Both the position numbers and the translations under genes were made by a program. From an uncultured Candidatus Rokubacteria bacterium (GTDB lineage: Bacteria; Methylomirabilota; Methylomirabilia; Rokubacteriales; CSP1-6), in the NCBI GenBank assembly GCA_963789955.1, contig CAWBMV010000022.1, positions 320,001 through 384,000 on the forward strand: DNA of 64,000 nucleotides, given 5' to 3'. Below, one piece after another: positions 59,232-64,000 of the stretch. How positions within the stretch are numbered: position 1 is the first letter of the stretch; every line of letters begins with the position of its first letter. The notes beneath the pieces are model-generated. The model had not been told where the DNA came from, did not search any database, and was given only the letters and a program-made list of their open reading frames with translations.

Positions 59232-60710
59232 TTATGTAGTGGTGGCCGCCACGCCCGCCATCATCAGGCCGAGCGTCCGCTCGGTGGCGTCGGCGCGCGC
59301 CACGTCGCCCACGACGCGCCCGTCGTGCATCACGAGAATGCGGTCGGCCAGCGCGAGGATCTCGTCGAGCTCGACCGAGACCAGCAACAGCGCCTTGCCG
59401 GCGTCGCGCAGCGCGACCAGCCGGCGGTGGATGAACTCGATCGCGCCGATGTCGACCCCGCGGGTCGGCTGGCCGATCAGCAGCAGCTCGGGGTGCCGAT
59501 CGAGCTCGCGGGCCAGCACGATCTTCTGCTGGTTGCCGCCGGAGAACGCCGACGTGGGGAGCACACCGTTGGCCGGCCGGATGTCGTAGTCGGCCGCCTG
59601 GCGGTCGAAGCTCGCGGCCACGGCCGAACGGTGGAGTCGAATCGGCCCGTTGTAGGTCGACTCGTCGTGGTAGCCGAGGATCGCGCTTTCTCGCGCGACG
59701 AACGGGATGACCAGGCCCATGCGGTGGCGATCCTCGGGCACGTGGGCCAGGCCGAGCCGTCGCAGCCGCCGCGGCGAGCGCGACCTCGGGTCGGCCAGCG
59801 GCGTCGCCTTCAAGCGGATCTGTCCCGACTTCACCGGCCGGATGCCGGCGAGCGCCTCGAGCAATTCCGACTGCCCGTTGCCGGCGACGCCGGCGATGCC
59901 GACGATCTCGCCCCGGCGCACCGTGAAGCTCACGCCCTTGACGCGCTCGACGCCGAGGCCGTCTTCCACCACGAGGTCCGTCACTTCGAGCACGGGCTCA
60001 CCCGGACGCGCGGGTGTCTTGTCGATTCGCAAGGTTACCTTGCGCCCGACCATCAGCTCGGCGAGCTGGTCCGCGGTCGTCTCGGCGGTGGGCACGGTCG
60101 CCACCACCTCGCCTTGACGCATCACGGTGACGACGTCGGTGGCTTCGCGGATTTCCCGGAGCTTGTGCGTGATGAGGACGACCGTCTTGCCCTCGTCTCG
60201 GAGCGACGCGAGGATGCGGAAGAGATGGTCGGCCTCCTGCGGTGTCAGGACGGCGGTCGGCTCGTCGAGGATGAGAACGTCCGCGCCGCGGTAGAGCGCC
60301 TTCAAGATCTCGACGCGCTGGCGGTGTCCCACGCCGAGATCCGCGATGTGCGCGTCCGGGTCGACCTCGAGGTGATAGTCGCGGCCCAGGCGCGCGAGCT
60401 CGGCGCGCGCTCGGCTCATCCCGGCGCCGAGCCGGAAGCCGCCCTCCACGCCGAGCACCACGTTCTCGAGCACCGTGAACGGCTCCACCAGCATGAAGTG
60501 CTGGTGGACCATGCCGATGCCGGCGGCCAGGGCGTCCTGGGGACTGCGAATGACCGCCGGCCGTCCGCGCACCAGGATCTCGCCGCGGTCCGGCTGGTAG
60601 TAGCCGTAGAGAATGCCCATCAGGGTCGACTTGCCGGCACCGTTCTCGCCGACGATGCCGTGAATCGATCCCGCCCGCACGACGAGCGAAATGTCGCGGT
60701 TGGCGTGCAC
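59232..60710 (-). CDS. Nucleoside/sugar ABC transporter ATP-binding protein (tandem ABC domains)
   Basis: GENGAGKST, GMVHQHF, LDEPT, SGGNQQK, PTRGVD; the coding frame extends upstream to about 60750 (IELRGIDKWFG), so the true start is uncertain. Confidence 0.92.
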   Translation of the reverse strand: MHANRDISLVVRAGSIHGIVGENGAGKSTLMGILYGYYQPDRGEILVRGRPAVIRSPQDALAAGIGMVHQHFMLVEPFTVLENVVLGVEGGFRLGAGMSRARAELARLGRDYHLEVDPDAHIADLGVGHRQRVEILKALYRGADVLILDEPTAVLTPQEADHLFRILASLRDEGKTVVLITHKLREIREATDVVTVMRQGEVVATVPTAETTADQLAELMVGRKVTLRIDKTPARPGEPVLEVTDLVVEDGLGVERVKGVSFTVRRGEIVGIAGVAGNGQSELLEALAGIRPVKSGQIRLKATPLADPRSRSPRRLRRLGLAHVPEDRHRMGLVIPFVARESAILGYHDESTYNGPIRLHRSAVAASFDRQAADYDIRPANGVLPTSAFSGGNQQKIVLARELDRHPELLLIGQPTRGVDIGAIEFIHRRLVALRDAGKALLLVSVELDEILALADRILVMHDGRVVGDVARADATERTLGLMMAGVAATTT

Positions 60711-60800
60711 CGCGCCGAACCACTTATCGATGCCCCGCAGCTCGATCGCCGGAGAATCCGCGTTAGGCGCTACGTCTCGCTCCGCTATACGTCACTCCGA

Positions 60801-60898
60801 GCGGCGGCTTTGCCGCCGCAATCGATCCTGGGGGAGGCAGGGCGCAAGGGGCCTCAGGCCCGCTACGCCGTCGGAAGGGGGGCAAGGCCCCCCTCCGA
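60801..60898. repeat. Triple-hairpin REP-like intergenic element
   Basis: GCGGCGGC-TTT-GCCGCCGC; GGGCC-TCA-GGCCC; TCGGAAGGGGGGC-AAG-GCCCCCCTCCGA. Confidence 0.65.
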
Positions 60899-60899
60899 G

Positions 60900-61892
60900 C
60901 TACTTCGCCATATAGTCGGTGACCTTGATCTTGCCGGCGATGATGTCGGCACGCGCCTGCTGCAGGCGCCTCTCCATGTCCGCGGTCATGAGCAATCGGT
61001 TGTACTGGTCGACGGAGTAGCCGACGCCGCCCTCGGCCACGCCCAGTGAGCGGACACCCGGCTGCCAGAGGCCTTCTCTCACTCTCTTGAACGTCTCGTA
61101 CACCGCGAGATCGACGCGCTTGATCATCGAGGTCAGGATCGTGCCGGGATGGATGTGGTCCTGGTTCGAATCGACCCCGATCGCCAGTCGCCCCTTGTCC
61201 TTGGCGGCCTGGAGCACGCCCAGCCCGGTGGCGCCCGCCGCGGCGAAGACGACGTCGGCGCCCCGATCGAACTGGCTCCGCGCGAGCTCGCCCCCGCGCG
61301 TCGGGTCGTTCCAGGCGGCCGGCGTCGTGCCGGTCATGTTCTGGAAGACTTCGATCTTCGGGTTGACGTACTTCGCGCCTTCTTCGTAGCCGAGCGCGAA
61401 GCGGCGGATCAGCGGGATGTCCATGCCGCCGACGAAGCCGACCTTGCCCGTCTTCGACGCCATCGCCGCGGCCATGCCGACCAGGAACGATCCCTCGTGC
61501 TCCTTGAAGACGATCGACGACACGTTGGGCAGGTCGACGACAGCGTCCACGATCGCGAACTTCAGATTCGGGAACTCCTTGGCGACCTTCTCCATGCCGC
61601 TCGCCTGGGAGAAGCCGATGCCCACGATGATCGTGGAGCCCCGGCGCGCCATGTTCCGGAGCGCTTGCTCGCGCTGGGCCTCGGCCGTCACCTCGAACTC
61701 GCGATACGCGATCCCGGTTTCTTTCTTGAAGCGCTCCGCGCCGTTGTACGCCGCCTCGTTGAACGACTTGTCGAACTTGCCGCCCATGTCGAACACCACG
61801 GCGGGCGCGAACTCCTGGGCCGTGACGGGGCCGGTCAGGGTCATCGCGATGAGGACGGCCACAGCGGCGCTCAGCGATTTCGCACGTGTCAT
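60900..61892 (-). CDS. BMP (PnrA/TmpC-like) nucleoside-binding protein
   Basis: GGKFDKSFNE, FKEHEGSFLVG, GFVGGM, AIGVDSNQ, TSMIKRVD; Sec signal without a lipobox. Confidence 0.92.
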   Translation of the reverse strand: MTRAKSLSAAVAVLIAMTLTGPVTAQEFAPAVVFDMGGKFDKSFNEAAYNGAERFKKETGIAYREFEVTAEAQREQALRNMARRGSTIIVGIGFSQASGMEKVAKEFPNLKFAIVDAVVDLPNVSSIVFKEHEGSFLVGMAAAMASKTGKVGFVGGMDIPLIRRFALGYEEGAKYVNPKIEVFQNMTGTTPAAWNDPTRGGELARSQFDRGADVVFAAAGATGLGVLQAAKDKGRLAIGVDSNQDHIHPGTILTSMIKRVDLAVYETFKRVREGLWQPGVRSLGVAEGGVGYSVDQYNRLLMTADMERRLQQARADIIAGKIKVTDYMAK

Positions 61893-62105
61893 GTTCGCGC
61901 TCCTGATTGTCGGCGCACCCCGACCGGCGGGACCGGATCCCGCGACGGTCTTCGGCGCGCCATAAGCGTCCGGGCCCCTTGGCGCTCGATTCGATCGCGC
62001 CCGGGCGCGCCCCGATGATATACGATCTCGCGCCGGGTGCCGGCACCGCCCGCGCGTCGGGCTCGACTCGCGCTCACCTCACGCGCTGCGCTATTCTCGT
62101 GCGGC

Positions 62106-62606
62106 ATGGCGACCGCGCCGAGCATCTACATGGCCAGTCCGCTGGGCTTCTCGGAGGCCGGGCGGCACTTCTACAACTCCGTGCTCGTCCCGTTCGTGAA
62201 GCGCCTGGGCTACGAGGTTCTCGATCCCTGGGCGCTGGGCGATCGGGCCAGGATCGAGGCCGTGCAGCGACTGCCGTACGGTACCGAGAAGCGCGAGGCG
62301 TGGCGAACGTTGAACCGTGAGATCGGGGCCACCAACCGGGCGGCGATCGACCGAGCCCATGGCGTCATCGCGGTGCTCGACGGGGTCGACGTCGACAGCG
62401 GGACCGCGGCCGAGATCGGCTACGCGTTCGCGCGCGGCAAGCTGATCGTCGGCTATCGCGGCGACTTCCGGCTGAGCGCGGACAACGAGGGCTCGACGGT
62501 CAACCTGCAGGTCGAGTTCTTCATCCGCGAGAGCGGCGGTGCTATCGTGAGTCGTTACGAAGATCTCGAAGCGCATCTGCGCCCTTTGCGCGCGACCCCG
62601 CGCTGA
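62106..62606 (+). CDS. Nucleoside 2-deoxyribosyltransferase / N-glycosidase family protein
   Basis: IYMASP, DSGTAAEIGYAFA, C-terminal VNL. Confidence 0.85.
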   Translation: MATAPSIYMASPLGFSEAGRHFYNSVLVPFVKRLGYEVLDPWALGDRARIEAVQRLPYGTEKREAWRTLNREIGATNRAAIDRAHGVIAVLDGVDVDSGTAAEIGYAFARGKLIVGYRGDFRLSADNEGSTVNLQVEFFIRESGGAIVSRYEDLEAHLRPLRATPR

Positions 62607-62619
62607 CAGGAGGCATGGC

Positions 62620-63517
62620 ATGATCGCCGCGATCCGCAGTCACTCCCAGCGCGTGGGGCTGGTCGCGCTCATTCTGATCGTGGCGCTGGGATGTGCCACC
62701 CAACAGCCTCCCGTGTCGGCTCCGGTGGCGGCTCAGGCTCCCGCGCCACCCGCCAGCGATCTCCTCAACGCCGTCCTGTGGATGCAGCGGTCGGTCGAGT
62801 ACAAGGCCAGCGCGCTGACGGCCTTCGCGCTCGCTCGGATCCGGCTCGACCAGGCGCTGGCCGACCAAGGACTGGACGGCGGCGCCCAAGGAGCAGACCG
62901 GCGCCTATCAGGCGCTTCCGCCGGCCATCGTCCTGGACGTCGACGAGTCGATCCTCGACAACTCGGGCTATCAGGCGTGGATGACCCTGAAGGGCACCAC
63001 GTTCGATTCGAAGACGTGGAACGCGTACGTCAACACCGTGACCTCGCAGGCGATCCCGGGCGCCGTCGAATTCGCCCGCTACGCCGACTCGAAGGGGGTC
63101 AAGGTGTTCTACGTGTCCAACCGCACGGCCGACGAGGAGCCGGCGACGCGCAAGAACCTCGAGAAATTCGGGTTCCCGATGGGCGGCAATGTCGACACCA
63201 TGCTCATGACGCGCAAGCAGCCCGACTGGGGCTCCGCCAAGGGGACGCGCCGCGCGTTCATCGCCAAGAGCTATCGCATCCTGATCAACGTCGGGGACAA
63301 CTTCGGCGACTTCGTCGATGACTACCGCGGCGGCGAGGCCGAGCGCCTGAAGGTCATGGAGGACAACAAGGCGCGCTGGGGACGCGAGTGGATCATGATC
63401 GCGAATCCGAGCTACGGCTCGTTCGAGTCGGCGCCGTACCGGCACGACTTCAAGCTGTCCGATGCCGAGAAGCGCACCTTGAAGCGGGGCGTCCTCGACG
63501 CCTGGCCTGGTCCATGA
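62620..63517 (+). CDS. Class C acid phosphatase / 5'-nucleotidase lipoprotein e(P4) family (frameshift near 62870)
   Basis: ALGC lipobox, AVLWMQRSVEY, LDVDESILDN, YVSNR, GDNFGDF, NPSYG. Confidence 0.88.
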
Positions 63518-63534
63518 GGGAGACTCCCACCGCG

Positions 63535-64000
63535 ATGACGAACGCCAGCCCCACCGCATTGCTGCTCAACGTCGGCCATGCCCTCGATCATCTCTTCCTG
63601 CTCATCTTCGCCACCGCCGTCGCGGCCATCGCGGCGGAGTGGGGAATGATCTGGCAGGACCTGATGCCCTATACGGTCGGCGCGTTCGTCCTGTTCGGTC
63701 TCGGCTCGCTGCCGGCGGGGCGCCTGGGAGATCTGTGGGGCCGGCGCGCGATGATGATCGTGTTCTTTCTCGGTATGGGTCTCTCGGCTCTGGCCATCGC
63801 GACCGTGCCCGGCGTCAAATCGCTGGCCGTCGCGCTGACCGTGATGGGCGCGTTCTCGTCGATCTACCATCCGGTCGGCATTCCCATGCTCGTCCAGAGC
63901 GTGAAGAATCCGGGCTTCACGATCGGCCTCAACGGGCTCGCCGGCAATCTCGGTATCGCCGTGGCCGCCGTACTCACGGGCTTTCTGGTGAAGTACGCCG
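63535..64000 (+). CDS. MFS transporter (partial, runs off the window)
   Basis: LNVGHALDHLF, GRLGDLWGRR motif A, SIYHPVG. Confidence 0.85.
   Translation, partial: MTNASPTALLLNVGHALDHLFLLIFATAVAAIAAEWGMIWQDLMPYTVGAFVLFGLGSLPAGRLGDLWGRRAMMIVFFLGMGLSALAIATVPGVKSLAVALTVMGAFSSIYHPVGIPMLVQSVKNPGFTIGLNGLAGNLGIAVAAVLTGFLVKYA

Noticed and set aside
1..64000. tRNA, rRNA, IS/transposase, integrase, anti-phage defence genes
   Set aside because: None recognised by eye; tRNAscan-SE, Infernal and DefenseFinder would be needed to exclude them formally.

Overview
A very GC-rich (roughly 70% by eye) bacterial chromosomal segment. Its gene repertoire (amidohydrolases, CaiB/BaiF CoA-transferases, LLM oxidoreductases, mandelate-racemase-family enolases, an orphan ABC_sub_bind protein, GC-rich palindromic repeats) resembles a soil heterotroph such as Rokubacteria/Methylomirabilota; this placement is inference only. 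About 15 otherwise intact genes carry single-base frameshifts, most likely long-read assembly indels. Main blocks: (i) 1-6.2 kb, AhpD-like protein, amidohydrolase, a collapsed TRAP operon relic, amidase and MFS; (ii) 6.2-26.2 kb, an envelope/general-stress island (class A PBP, holin-like fusion, AI-2E, BON, YtxH-like, DUF748, DUF3185-like, DUF2231, cyclic beta-1,2-glucan synthase) with seven sigma54-type promoters and a shared, mostly tandem (G/T)GTAA-N3-(T/C)TACC upstream motif; (iii) 26.5-27.2 kb, a candidate RAPP arrest-peptide leader ahead of a small Met/Cys secreted protein; (iv) 29.7-35.7 kb, a sigma54-preceded operon of four predicted exported proteins (beta-propeller/Ig/PKD protein, small periplasmic protein, tri-zinc phospholipase-C-fold protein, methyltransferase), the best candidate for an undescribed system; (v) a deleted multicopper oxidase joined to CopD-cytochrome c; (vi) alr, CoA-transferases and dienelactone-hydrolase-family genes; (vii) 45-63.5 kb, a nucleoside uptake/salvage region (BMP-ABC, cdd, deoA, NDT, e(P4)) split by a ~9 kb block that includes alkB. 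No rRNA, tRNA, CRISPR array, integrase or transposase was recognised.
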